From positions 2,689,812 to 2,753,811 of the forward strand of contig OZ251539.1 of NCBI GenBank assembly GCA_965243135.1: a stretch of DNA of 64,000 nucleotides. Direction: 5' to 3'. How positions within the stretch are numbered: position 1 is the first letter of the stretch; each line of letters opens with the position of its first letter. This DNA comes from Alphaproteobacteria bacterium (GTDB lineage Bacteria > Pseudomonadota > Alphaproteobacteria > MPNO01 > UBA830). Under the pieces are notes generated by a model that was given only the letters and a program-made list of their open reading frames with translations, searched no databases and was not told where the DNA came from. Shown piece after piece: positions 10,297 through 20,456 of the stretch. A program made the position numbers and the translations under genes.

Positions 10297-11436
10297 TTAG
10301 CCGCGAACGGAAGGGGGAGTTTCGCGAATGCTTTCGCGCGACTCCGATCTCAAGCGTTGCCGCGCGGACCGATGCCCGCGCCCCGCGGTGATTCGCGCGC
10401 CGGCCCCGAAGAGCGGAGCGAGAAACGGAAGATCCACAAGGCCCGGTCGCCGGGCGGCGCCGGATTTCGATCGAAGCGACATCGCCGCCGGGGCGTCCGA
10501 GCCAGAGGGCAACGGGGCCGCGGAGTCCGCGATCCAGGCCGCTATGTCGTCGAGCGCGACCTGCGCGTTCAGGTCGCGCAACAGCATGTGCCAGCCGTCC
10601 CGGTAAAGGACGACCCGGGCGTGCGCCCTGCGGAACAAGGCGAGCGCGGGTTCCGGAGGGACGAGTTCGTCCCGCGCGCCGAAAAGGACCAGCGACGGCA
10701 ACCGCGGCGCGGCGGCGAGGGCCGCATCCATTGCGTTCACCAATCCCTCGACGGCGTCGATCCGCGTCCGCTTGACGATCAGCGGATCGCGGCCGAGCGC
10801 GCGCAGCATTCCGACGTTGTCGGACGCCTGCACGTTCAACCCTTCGGCGGTGAGCGGATACCAGGGGATGGTCCGAGCCGTCAACCAGAGAGCCGCGCTC
10901 GCGAAGAAGCCGAGCCGGCGCCGGCCGCGCAGCGCCGGAGCGACGAGAACGAGCCCGTCCGCCCGCAGCGTCGGCGCCGCAATCATGGCGATCGCTCCGC
11001 CCATGCTCTCGCCCAGCACGTAGACCGGAATGCCGGGATGGCGGGTCCGGACGAGATCGAGGGCGGCGGCGGCGTCCGCCGCCATGGTCTTGTGACCGGC
11101 CCAGATGCCACGGTGCGGCGCTTCGCCGAACCCGCGCTGATCGTACGCGTAGGTGGCGATGCGCTTTTTCGTCCAGTATTCTCCGGGTCGTTCGAAGGCG
11201 CGGGAATAATCGTTGAAGCCGTGGAGCGCAAGGATGACGGCGCGCGGCCGCCGGTCCGGCATCCAGCGCCTCAGCGGAAGGACCGCGCCGTCCGCGGCGA
11301 CGATCCGGTCGTCTTTCAGTTGCGGCGGCGAGAGGAAGGGGCCGGCCGGCTCGACGCGAGGAGCGCACGCGCCGAGCGCCAGCGCGCCGCAAAGCGCCGC
11401 GAAAATCGTCGGCAGGGGCGGTTGCCTTACCGGCAC
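10297..11436 (-). CDS. Alpha/beta hydrolase (lysophospholipase-like) lipoprotein
   Basis: Lipobox LALGAC near the N-terminus, HGFNDYS, nucleophile elbow GESMGG, and a C-terminal His in GWHMLL. Confidence 0.65.
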   Translation of the reverse strand: MPVRQPPLPTIFAALCGALALGACAPRVEPAGPFLSPPQLKDDRIVAADGAVLPLRRWMPDRRPRAVILALHGFNDYSRAFERPGEYWTKKRIATYAYDQRGFGEAPHRGIWAGHKTMAADAAAALDLVRTRHPGIPVYVLGESMGGAIAMIAAPTLRADGLVLVAPALRGRRRLGFFASAALWLTARTIPWYPLTAEGLNVQASDNVGMLRALGRDPLIVKRTRIDAVEGLVNAMDAALAAAPRLPSLVLFGARDELVPPEPALALFRRAHARVVLYRDGWHMLLRDLNAQVALDDIAAWIADSAAPLPSGSDAPAAMSLRSKSGAARRPGLVDLPFLAPLFGAGARITAGRGHRSARQRLRSESRESIRETPPSVRG

Positions 11437-11514
11437 GTTCGACTATCATTTCCCGCCGCGCCGGCTTTCCCGGGCGGGCGGGAAACGCGCTTGCAGGCTG
11501 CGGAGAAACGGAAA

Positions 11515-11676
11515 ATGCTGTTGCCGCCCGATATCGTCGAGGTCGAGACGACGGAAGTGTCCTGCGACGGCGGGGAACTCGGACATCCGAAAGTGTATCT
11601 GGCCCTGCAGGACGGCGAGGTCGAATGCCCGTACTGCGACCGCAAGTTCGTTCTCAAGCCGCGTTCCGCCCCCTGA
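11515..11676 (+). CDS. Zinc-finger domain-containing small protein (53 aa)
   Basis: ATG at 11515 with GGAGAAA RBS; MLLPPDIVEVETTEVSCDGG...VECPYCDRKFVLK has a C..C...C..C zinc-ribbon conserved in alphaproteobacteria. Confidence 0.6.
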   Translation: MLLPPDIVEVETTEVSCDGGELGHPKVYLALQDGEVECPYCDRKFVLKPRSAP

Positions 11677-11689
11677 CGGGCCGGCCGCC

Positions 11690-12211
11690 TCAGACCGGCG
11701 CCAGCACCATCACCATCTGACGGCCTTCCATTTTCGGAAACTGCTCGATCCTGCTCGTTCCGTCGAGGTCGCTTCGCACCCGGTCCAGAACGGCGAGGCC
11801 GCGCTCCTGGTGCGCCATCTCCCGGCCTCGAAAGCGCATCGTCACCTTCACCTTGTCGCCGTCGTCGAGAAACTTCCTCATGAACCGCATCTTGATTTCG
11901 TAGTCGTGATCGTCGATTCCGGGCCGAAGCTTGATTTCCTTGACCTCTATCGTCTTCTGCTTTTTGCGGGCTTCGTTCTTCTTCTTCTGCTCCTCGTATT
12001 TGAACTTTCCGTAATCCATGATCTTGCAGACCGGCGGAGCGGCTCCGCCGGCGACGACGACGAGGTCCATGCCTGCATGCGACGCGTAATCGAGCGCTTC
12101 GCTTCGGGAGACAACGCCGATTTGCTGGCCGTCGGCGCCGATCAGACGCACCTCGGTCGCCTGGATCGTTTCGTTCACGGGCCGCTCGTCCCGCACGGGC
12201 GGCGCCATCAT
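11690..12211 (-). CDS. infC: Translation initiation factor IF-3
   Basis: 173 aa aligning to IF-3 ([16 protein letters not shown]...[15 protein letters not shown]...[11 protein letters not shown]). ATG at 12211. Confidence 0.85.
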   Translation of the reverse strand: MMAPPVRDERPVNETIQATEVRLIGADGQQIGVVSRSEALDYASHAGMDLVVVAGGAAPPVCKIMDYGKFKYEEQKKKNEARKKQKTIEVKEIKLRPGIDDHDYEIKMRFMRKFLDDGDKVKVTMRFRGREMAHQERGLAVLDRVRSDLDGTSRIEQFPKMEGRQMVMVLAPV

Positions 12212-12281
12212 TGGAGGTCTTGCGATGGATTTTCTCCTTTGCTCGTTTGTCTTTCCGGTCCGGCTCGTTCCGCCGTCGGCG

Positions 12282-14208
12282 TCATGGTGAACGGCATCCG
12301 TCCGCAAGTCTAGCCACAGCCTCTTCGAGCGCAAGAACTTCCTGTTCCTTGCCGCCGAGGCTGCGCAGCGCGACCCTGCGGTTCTCCACCTCGCGCCGGC
12401 CGACCACAAGAATGGCGGGCACCTTGGCGAGGCTGTGCTCGCGCACCTTGTAGTTGATCTTTTCGTTGCGAACGTCGAGTTCCGCCCGAACGCCTGCGCC
12501 CTCCAGCGCGCTCCGGACTTCCTCGGCCCAGGCGTCGGCGTCCGACGTTATCGTCGCCACGACGGCCTGAACCGGCGCCAGCCACATCGGCAGGCGCCCG
12601 GCGTAGTGCTCGACCAGGATGCCGATGAAGCGTTCGAACGAGCCCAGAATCGCCCGGTGAAGCATGACCGGGCGGTGCTTCCTTCCGTCCTCGCCGACAT
12701 AGGCGGCGTCCAGCCGCTCCGGCAGCACGAAATCGACCTGCAGCGTGCCGCACTGCCAGTCCCGCCCGATCGCGTCGCGCAGCACGAATTCCAGCTTGGG
12801 GCCGTAGAACGCGCCCTCGCCCGGGTTCGGCTCGTAGTCGAGGCCGGTCGCCTCGACGGCCTCCACGAGCGCCGCTTCGGCGCGGCTCCAGACCGCGTCG
12901 TCGCCCGCCCGCACCGGCGGACGGTCGGCGAACTTCACCGCCACGTCGGAGAACCCGAAATCGGCGTAGACGCTCGTCAGCAGTTCGCAGAACGCCGCCG
13001 TTTCGGACGTGATCTGGTCCGCCGTGCAGAAGATGTGCGCGTCGTCCTGGGTGAAGGCCCGCACCCGCATCAACCCGTGCAGCGCCCCCGAAGGCTCGTA
13101 GCGATGGCACGAGCCGAACTCCGCCATGCGCAGCGGCAGGTCGCGGTAGCTGGTGATGCCCTGGCGGAATATCTGCACGTGGCCCGGACAGTTCATCGGC
13201 TTCAGCGCCAGAATCCGGTCGTCGTCGGTTTCCGCGGTGAACATGTGCTCGCGGAACTTGTCCCAATGGCCGGACGCTTCCCAGAGCCCGCGGTCGATGA
13301 GCTGCGGCGTCTTCACCTCGACGTAGCCGGCTTTCTCGAGGCGCTTCCGGACGTAGGACTCGAGCGCGCGGTACAGCGTCCAGCCCTTGGGATGCCAGAA
13401 GACGCTGCCGACGGCCTCCTCCTGGAAATGATACAGCTCCATCTCGCGGCCCAGCCGCCGGTGGTCGCGCTTTTCCGCCTCCTCGAGCCGTTCGAGATGC
13501 GCGGCCAGTTCCTTTCCGTCCCGCCACGCGGTGCCGTAGACCCTCTGCAGCATTTCGTTGCGGGAGTCTCCGCGCCAATAAGCGCCCGCCACGCGCAGCA
13601 GCTTGAAGCCGCCGCCGACGTGGCCGGTGGACGGAAGGTGCGGCCCGCGGCACAGGTCGAACCACTCCCCCTGCCGGTAGATCGAAACGGTTTCGCCGGC
13701 CGGGAGGTCGCGGACGATCTGCGCCTTGTAGCTCTCGCCGAGGCCTTCGAAGAGGCGGATCGCCGCCTCCCGGTCCATCTCCTCGCGCGCGAACGCTTCG
13801 TCGCGGCCGACGATTTCGCGCATCCCGGCCTCGATCTTTTCGAGATCGTCGGTCGTGAACGGCGCGTCGCGCGCGAAATCGTAATAGAAACCGTTTTCGA
13901 TCGCCGGGCCGATGGTCACCTGCGTGCCGGGGTAGAGGCGTTGCACGGCTTCCGCCATGACGTGCGCCGCGTCGTGCCGGATCAGTTCCAGCGCTTCGTC
14001 GGACTTGCGGGTTACGATCTCGACGGCGGCGTCGCGATCGATCGGCCGGGCGAGATCGCGGATTTCTCCGTCGATCCTGACGGCGATCGCCGCCTTCGCC
14101 AGGCCGGGTCCGATATCGGCCGCGAGTTCCGCTCCGGTCACCGCGTGGCCGAAGCGGCGTACGCTGCCGTCCGGCAGGGTGATGTTCACGCCGTCCATGT
14201 TCCGTTCG
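12282..14208 (-). CDS. thrS: Threonine--tRNA ligase
   Basis: 642 aa from ATG at 14208 ([11 protein letters not shown]). TGS, editing, class II catalytic ([28 protein letters not shown]) and anticodon-binding domains present. Confidence 0.9.
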
Positions 14209-14323
14209 CCAGATTCCAGAATTCGACTGCCGCCGCGCCGGGCGTTTAACGCAATCCCGCCGTCGCGGCAACCTCGGCGCCGCGGTCCGCCGCCGGTTCC
14301 GGCGGCGGCGAGCGGACGTTCCG

Positions 14324-15457
14324 TCATGCTTCGAGAAGTTCGCGGTAAACTGACATCGTCCGGTCGCACATCAGGGTTTTCGTGAAGTTCTTCTCTATAT
14401 GGTCGCGCGTGCGCCGGGCGTTGGCGACCCTCTCTTCGGGCGTCATCGCCAGCGCCTCGCGCAGCGCGCGCGCGAGCGACGCCGGTTCGCGGGCCGGGAC
14501 GAGCCAGCCGTTCTCGCCGTCGATCACCGTCTCCCGCAGGCCGCCGAGGTCGGTCACGATGACGGGACGGCCCATCGCCTGCGCCTCGACGGAGACGCGG
14601 CCGAACGGTTCCGGTTCGACGGGAGCGAAAACCACGGCGTCGGCCAGCATGTAGGCGGCGGCCATGTCGCGGCAGGGCTCGGTCAGGCGCACGATCCCCT
14701 CCAGCCCGTTCCGCCGGATCTGCGCCCGGAGTTTCTTCCGGTAACGCGGGCTGCCGTGGTCCGCGCCGACGAGCAGTATGCGGTAGTTCGGATGATCGAG
14801 CTGGCGGGCGGCCTCGACGAGGACGCTGTATCCCTTGCGTCGGCTCGGCCGGCCGGGCGACATGATGACGTACGCGTCGTCCGGCAGGCACCACTCCCGC
14901 GCCAGCTGGACGATGCGCTCCTGCGACACCGCGTGAGGATCGAAGATGTCGGTGTCGACGCCGCGAGGGATGGTCCGCAGCCGGTCCGCCGGAACGCCGT
15001 AGACTTCCGACACGTGGCGTCTCGTGAATTCGGATACGGCGATGACGAGATCGCCGCTCGCCATGACGCTGTTGTACGGCTTCTTCAACGGGTAGCCGCC
15101 GCCGTAAAGCCCGTGGAAGGTGGTGACGAAGGAAACGCCCTGGCTCCGCGCGGCCGCGCGGGCGCTCCAGGCGGGCGCGCGGCTTCGGGCGTGCACGATA
15201 TCGATTTCGTAGTGGCGGATGATCCTTTCGATGAGCGCCACGTTGCGCCGCATCGTCCAGGGGTTCTTCGAGCACAGCGGCGCCGTTACGTGAATCCCGC
15301 CCGCCCGCTCGACGTCCTTGGTCATGGTGCCGCCGGCCGAGGCGACGACCGCTTTCCATCCCTCGGCCGCCAAGGCCGCGGTGATTTCGACGGTGCCGCG
15401 TTCGACGCCGCCGAATTCCAGACGGGGCAGCACCTGCAGAACGGTGGGAACTTTCAC
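14324..15457 (-). CDS. Glycosyltransferase family 4 (GT1-fold)
   Basis: GTG at 15457 preceded by GAGGAG RBS. EX7E-like region ([30 protein letters not shown]). The ORF-track N-terminal extension was rejected. Confidence 0.75.
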   Translation of the reverse strand: MKVPTVLQVLPRLEFGGVERGTVEITAALAAEGWKAVVASAGGTMTKDVERAGGIHVTAPLCSKNPWTMRRNVALIERIIRHYEIDIVHARSRAPAWSARAAARSQGVSFVTTFHGLYGGGYPLKKPYNSVMASGDLVIAVSEFTRRHVSEVYGVPADRLRTIPRGVDTDIFDPHAVSQERIVQLAREWCLPDDAYVIMSPGRPSRRKGYSVLVEAARQLDHPNYRILLVGADHGSPRYRKKLRAQIRRNGLEGIVRLTEPCRDMAAAYMLADAVVFAPVEPEPFGRVSVEAQAMGRPVIVTDLGGLRETVIDGENGWLVPAREPASLARALREALAMTPEERVANARRTRDHIEKNFTKTLMCDRTMSVYRELLEA

Positions 15458-15515
15458 CGTTCGCTCCTCGATAGTATTACTGACGATGGACGCGTCCAAC
15501 GAAGGCCGACGCCCG

Positions 15516-16292
15516 ATGAACTCGGACAGCGAACCTCGACCGGGGATACTATCACGCAACGGCGCGACAATCGCGTACCGGCGGATCGACGGCGCGACTC
15601 CCGGAGTCGTGTTTCTCGGCGGCTTCATGTCGGACATGCAGGGAACCAAGGCCCTGGCGCTGGAACGCCATTGCCGGGCGGCGGGCCGCGCCTTTCTGCG
15701 CTTCGACTACCAGGGGCACGGCGAGTCCTCGGGCGAGTTCGCCGACGGCACGATCGGAGTCTGGACGGACGACGCCCTGGCGGCGCTCGACCGCTGCACC
15801 TCCGGCCGGCAAATACTGGTGGGATCGTCGATGGGCGGATGGATCATGCTGCTGGCGGCTCTCGCCAGGCCGCGCCGCGTGGCCGGGCTGGTGGGCGTGG
15901 CGGCCGCGCCGGATTTCACGGAGGACCTGTTGTGGGAACGCCTCGACGACGCGCGCCGCGAGGAGCTGGCCGTCGAGGGAATCTGCATGATGCCGGGCGG
16001 CGGCGAGCCCGTCACCATGAAGCTTGTCGAGGACGGAAGGAAGCGCCTGCTTCTGCGGCGGCCGATACCGCTGCGCTGCCCGGTCCGCCTGCTTCACGGC
16101 ATGCGGGACGAGGACGTGCCGTGGACGACGTCGATCCGCCTGGCGGAGCGGCTGCTTTCCGACGACGCGCGGGTCGTCCTCGTCAAGGACGGCGATCACC
16201 GGCTTTCGCGCGACGGGGATATCGGTTGCCTGACGGGCGCGGTCGACGAACTCGCGGGCAGGCCCGCGATGGCCCGCAGCCCGGCGCGATAG
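15516..16292 (+). CDS. Alpha/beta hydrolase
   Basis: GSSMGG nucleophile elbow, HGMRDEDVP and C-terminal GDHRL. ATG at 15516; alternative start at 15486. Confidence 0.7.
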   Translation: MNSDSEPRPGILSRNGATIAYRRIDGATPGVVFLGGFMSDMQGTKALALERHCRAAGRAFLRFDYQGHGESSGEFADGTIGVWTDDALAALDRCTSGRQILVGSSMGGWIMLLAALARPRRVAGLVGVAAAPDFTEDLLWERLDDARREELAVEGICMMPGGGEPVTMKLVEDGRKRLLLRRPIPLRCPVRLLHGMRDEDVPWTTSIRLAERLLSDDARVVLVKDGDHRLSRDGDIGCLTGAVDELAGRPAMARSPAR

Positions 16293-17116
16293 TCGGGGAA
16301 GGCCAGCTCCACGCCCAGTTCTTCCTTCGTCCGGCCGTTGCGGACCCGTCGATTGTCCGCCCAGAAGGTTCGCGCCCGGGGCGACAACTCCGCGTCGGAG
16401 AACGCGATCAGGGGCGGCGGCTCCACGCCGAGAAGTTCGCAGGCGTAAGCGACGACCTCCGCCGGCTCCGCCGGTTCGTCGTCGCAGACGTTGTAGATGC
16501 CGCCCGCCTCCGGCCTCGCGATGGACGCCTCGAGCACCGTCGCGATATCCTCCACGTGTATGCGGGAAAAATAGTGCCCCGGCTTGTCGATGCGCCGCGC
16601 CGTGCCGTCGCGGATCCGGTCGAAGGCGGACCGGCCGGGTCCGTAGATCCCCGCGAGGCGAAAGACCTGCACGGCTACGCCCCGTTCCTCGCCCCATTGC
16701 AGCCAGGCGCGTTCCGCCGCGACCCGCCTCGCGCTGCGCTCGCTGCCGGGGCGGGTTTCCGAGGTTTCGTCGACCCATCCGCCGCCCCGGTCGCCGTAGA
16801 CTCCCGTGGTCGACAGATATCCCGCCCATTCGACGGTCCGCGGCAAATCCGCGGCGTGTCGCCGCAGGACCGGGTCCCCTTCCGCGTCGGGCGGAACGGA
16901 CGACAGCAGATGCGTGGTCCCGGCGAGCGCTTGCGGGCGATCCATGGGCGCCGTCCCGTCGAACAGCGCCGCTTCCATGCCGAGGGCGCCGAGCGCGGCG
17001 CGCCTGCGGGCGCTCCGGCAGGTGCCGGAGATCCGCCACTTGCGGGCGTTCAGCCGGCGGCTCAACGCCATGGCGGCATAGCCGAGGCCGAAGCAGAACA
17101 GCTTCCGGCGCCGCAC
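16196..17116 (-). CDS. NAD-dependent epimerase/dehydratase family protein (SDR fold)
   Basis: N-terminal GLGYAA Rossmann motif and YxxxK-type region. GTG at 17116; alternative ATG at 17074. Its 3' end overlaps the convergent hydrolase gene by ~97 nt. Confidence 0.6.
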   Translation of the reverse strand: MRRRKLFCFGLGYAAMALSRRLNARKWRISGTCRSARRRAALGALGMEAALFDGTAPMDRPQALAGTTHLLSSVPPDAEGDPVLRRHAADLPRTVEWAGYLSTTGVYGDRGGGWVDETSETRPGSERSARRVAAERAWLQWGEERGVAVQVFRLAGIYGPGRSAFDRIRDGTARRIDKPGHYFSRIHVEDIATVLEASIARPEAGGIYNVCDDEPAEPAEVVAYACELLGVEPPPLIAFSDAELSPRARTFWADNRRVRNGRTKEELGVELAFPDYRAGLRAIAGLPASSSTAPVRQPISPSRESR

Positions 17117-17145
17117 GGCCGCGGTTCCCGTCGCGGCGGACCGCC

Positions 17146-19461
17146 TTACGGCCGGGCGGCGCGGATCGCCTGCCACACTCTGAGGGGCGTAAGCGGCATT
17201 TCCGCGTCGGTCACGCCGAGCCCCGAGAGCGCGTCGACGACGGCGTTGACCACCGCCGCGGTCGCGCCGACCGTGCCGGATTCTCCGCCGCCCTTCACGC
17301 CGAGCGGATTGGTCCGGCAAGCCGCCGCGAAATCCCGCGTCTCGATCATCGGCAGGTCGTCGGCCCGCGGCATGCAGTAGTCCATGAACGAGCCGGCGAG
17401 GAGCTGGCCTTCGGAATCGTAGGTCACGTCCTCCATGAGGGCCTGGCCGACTCCCTGCGCCACTCCGCCGTGAACCTGGCCGGCGAGCAGCAGAGGGTTG
17501 ATCACCTCGCCGGAATCGTTGACCGCCACGTGGCGAATCAGTTCGACGGCGCCGGTGTCGGGGTCGATTTCCACTTCCGCGAAGTGGGTTCCGTTGGGCC
17601 AGTTGGGACCGCTCTCCGGCGTCCAGGCACCTTCCGCCGAAAGTCCGACGCCGAGCTCCGCCGGCCAGCCCATGGGCATGAAGGTCTGGGCCGCGAGTTC
17701 GCAGATGTGAATCGACCGGTCGGTGCCGGCGACCTTGAGCGCGCCTTCTTCGAACTCGATGTCTTCGGCGGCCGCCTCCAGCAGGTGGGCGGCGATCTTC
17801 TTCGCTTTTTCGACGATCGCGTCGGCCGCGGCCCGCAAGGCGGAACCGCCGATCGACATGGAGCGGGATCCGTAGGTGCCGCGTCCGAAGGTCACCGCGT
17901 CGGTGTCGCCCTGGACCAGGCGGACGCGGTCGAACGGGACGCCCAGCCATTCATGGATCATTTGCGCGTAGGAGGTCCGGTGGCCCTGCCCGTGGCTGAA
18001 GGTGCCGGCCGCGACGGTCACGCCGCCGGTCTCGTCGAAGCGGATCTCCATCCGGTCGTTGAAGGGCGCCGCGAAATCGATGAAGGAGCAGACGCCGAGG
18101 CCGCGAAGCCGGCCCCGCGCGGCGGCCTCCTCCCTGCGGGCGGCGAAGCCGGCCGCGTCCGCGACGCCGGCGGCGTGGGCGGCGAGCGCCGGAAAATCGC
18201 CCGAGTCGATCACGGTCGGCACCGGCGTCGCGTACGGCATCTTCTCCGGGGAGACGTAATTGCGCCTGCGCAGCTCGATCGGATCCGCGCCGAGCTCGTC
18301 GGCCGCCATGTCGAGCAGGCGTTCCACGACGTAGATCGCTTCGGGCCGCCCTGCGCCCCGATAGGGGCCGGTCCAGGCCGTATGGCTGAACACCGCGCGG
18401 ATGTGGACGTGCATCGCCTGAAAATCGTAGACGTTGGGATAGACCATGGCGCCGATGCAGGCGGACACCGGCGCCGATGCGGACAGATACGCGCCGAGGC
18501 CGTAATCGGCGCGCACCCGCAGCCCGAGAATCCGCCCGTCGCCGTCGAGCGCCAGTTCGCCCAGACAGTCGGCGTCGCGTCCGTGGGTGTCGCTGACCAG
18601 CGATTCGGACCGGTCGGCCGTCCACTTGACCGGCCGCCGCAGCCGTCTTGCCGCCCAGGCGCACAGGGCGTCTTCGGGGAAGACGTTGTTCTTCATGCCG
18701 AAGCCGCCTCCCACGTCGGGGCAGACGATGCGAAACGAACCCGCCGGGACGCCGAAGATTTCCGCGAAGACGGGGCGGTGCTGGTGGGGTCCCTGGCTGG
18801 ACATCCAGATCGTGAAGCTGTCCTGTCCGGGATGATATTCGGCGAGGGTCGCCCGCGGTTCCATCGCGTTGGCGGAGATGCGGTTGTTGCGCAGGCGCGC
18901 CTTGACGACGTGCCGGGCGGAAGCGAACGCGGCTTCCGCGGCGTCGCGGTCGCCGAGCTCCATGTCGAACCACAGATTGCCGGGCGCGTCGTCCCACACG
19001 AGGGGCGCGCCTTCGACCGCAGCGTCGCGCGTGGAGCCTGCCGCGGGCAGAATTTCGTAGTCGACTTCGATCGCCTCCGCGGCGTTCCGCGCCTGCGCCA
19101 GAGTCTCGGCGACGACGAAGGCGACCGGATCGCCCACGCACCGCACCCGGTCCCGGGCGAGGATCGGATGCGCCGGCGTGTAGGTCGCGGGGCCGCCGAA
19201 AGCCATCGGCGGCACGTGGCAACCGATGTCGCGGAGACCGTCGGCCTCGACGTCCCGGCCCGCGAGAACCGCGAGCGCGCCGGGCATGCGCGCGGCGGCG
19301 TCGGTGTCGACTCCGTTCACGCGGGCATGGGAATGGGGCGATCGCAAGACGTAGCCCACGGCCTGCCGCGGCAGGTCGATGTCGTCGACGTAGCGGCCGC
19401 CGCCTCTCAGAAGCCGCGGATCCTCCGTTCTCGGAACGGGCTGGCCGATGCCGAATTTCAT
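17146..19461 (-). CDS. Xanthine dehydrogenase / aldehyde oxidase / CO-dehydrogenase family molybdopterin-binding large subunit
   Basis: 771 aa from ATG at 19461 (GGGGAGG RBS). Conserved Mo-cofactor regions (GGGFGMK, AGTFSHGQGH, GVKGGGESGT). Confidence 0.85.
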   Translation of the reverse strand: MKFGIGQPVPRTEDPRLLRGGGRYVDDIDLPRQAVGYVLRSPHSHARVNGVDTDAAARMPGALAVLAGRDVEADGLRDIGCHVPPMAFGGPATYTPAHPILARDRVRCVGDPVAFVVAETLAQARNAAEAIEVDYEILPAAGSTRDAAVEGAPLVWDDAPGNLWFDMELGDRDAAEAAFASARHVVKARLRNNRISANAMEPRATLAEYHPGQDSFTIWMSSQGPHQHRPVFAEIFGVPAGSFRIVCPDVGGGFGMKNNVFPEDALCAWAARRLRRPVKWTADRSESLVSDTHGRDADCLGELALDGDGRILGLRVRADYGLGAYLSASAPVSACIGAMVYPNVYDFQAMHVHIRAVFSHTAWTGPYRGAGRPEAIYVVERLLDMAADELGADPIELRRRNYVSPEKMPYATPVPTVIDSGDFPALAAHAAGVADAAGFAARREEAAARGRLRGLGVCSFIDFAAPFNDRMEIRFDETGGVTVAAGTFSHGQGHRTSYAQMIHEWLGVPFDRVRLVQGDTDAVTFGRGTYGSRSMSIGGSALRAAADAIVEKAKKIAAHLLEAAAEDIEFEEGALKVAGTDRSIHICELAAQTFMPMGWPAELGVGLSAEGAWTPESGPNWPNGTHFAEVEIDPDTGAVELIRHVAVNDSGEVINPLLLAGQVHGGVAQGVGQALMEDVTYDSEGQLLAGSFMDYCMPRADDLPMIETRDFAAACRTNPLGVKGGGESGTVGATAAVVNAVVDALSGLGVTDAEMPLTPLRVWQAIRAARP

Positions 19462-19617
19462 GGACGCCTCCCCGGCGGGCAGTATTGCGGTTTCCGGATA
19501 TTCGTTCATATATGCGGGCGTGTCGAGGGCGAGGCCGGCCGCGGAAACCCGGCGGCGCGCGGGGCGCCGGCTCCGTTCGCTGGACTTCGCCCGCCGCCCC
19601 GCCATATTGCGCACGCC

Positions 19618-20454
19618 ATGGAACTGCCTTTCAGAAAGATGCACGGGCTCGGAAACGACTTCGTGGTGATCGACGCGCGTCCGGGGGAGCCGTGGGCCGG
19701 ATTCGCCGTCGATTCCGCCTGGGCGGCCGCCGTCGCCGATCGCCATACCGGCGTCGGATGCGATCAGCTGGTCGCGATGGAAGAATCACCCGGCGGGCGC
19801 GAAGACGTCTTCATGCGAATCTGGAACGCCGACGGCGGCGAGGCGGGCGCCTGCGGCAACGCGGCCCGCTGCGTCGGGGCGCTGCTGATGGACGAGCGGG
19901 GCGCCGACGCCGTCCGCATCCGGACCGTCGCCGGCGCGCTGTCGGTCGCGCGCGCCGCCCGCGGCATGGTCGCGGTCGACATGGGCGCGCCGCGATTCTC
20001 GTGGGACCGGATACCGCTGAGCGGGCGGGCCGACACCCTGCACCTGAACCTCGGGCGCGGCCCGCTTTCCGATCCGGCGGCGGCCAGCATGGGCAATCCG
20101 CACGCGACCTTCTTCGTCGACGAGGTCGAAGCGATTCCGCTCGCCGAGATCGGGCCGGCGCTCGAGATCGATCCTCTTTTTCCCGAAGGCGCCAACATCG
20201 GCGTCGCCCGCATCGACGACGCCGACCGGATGCGCCTGCGGGTCTGGGAGCGCGGCGCCGGCGTCACGCTCGCTTGCGGCACGGCGGCCTGCGCCGCGGT
20301 CGCGAACGCCTGGCGCCGCGGCCTCGCCGGACGCGGCGTGACCGTCGCCATGGACGGAGGATCGCTGCGGATCGACTGGCGGGAGGACGACCGGATCCTC
20401 ATGACGGGGCCGGCGGAGACGAGCTTCCACGGACTGCTCGAGACGGGATCCTGA
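19618..20454 (+). CDS. dapF: Diaminopimelate epimerase
   Basis: MELPFRKMHGLGNDFVVID... with the two catalytic Cys motifs (GNAARC, CGTAAC). 278 aa. Confidence 0.9.
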   Translation: MELPFRKMHGLGNDFVVIDARPGEPWAGFAVDSAWAAAVADRHTGVGCDQLVAMEESPGGREDVFMRIWNADGGEAGACGNAARCVGALLMDERGADAVRIRTVAGALSVARAARGMVAVDMGAPRFSWDRIPLSGRADTLHLNLGRGPLSDPAAASMGNPHATFFVDEVEAIPLAEIGPALEIDPLFPEGANIGVARIDDADRMRLRVWERGAGVTLACGTAACAAVANAWRRGLAGRGVTVAMDGGSLRIDWREDDRILMTGPAETSFHGLLETGS

Positions 20455-20456
20455 TC

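Noticed and set aside
12310-14271. 653-aa minus ORF and 604-aa plus ORF (12435-14249) overlapping thrS
   Set aside because: Alternate frame and antisense of a well-supported thrS frame.
14399-17380. 993-aa plus-strand ORF spanning the GT4, hydrolase and SDR genes
   Set aside because: Runs antisense or alternate-frame through three independently supported genes; nonsense composition.
17470-19617. N-terminal ~715 aa of the 994-aa plus ORF (antisense to the XDH-family gene)
   Set aside because: Only the C-terminal 278 aa (dapF, from ATG 19618) are real; the rest is an antisense artefact.
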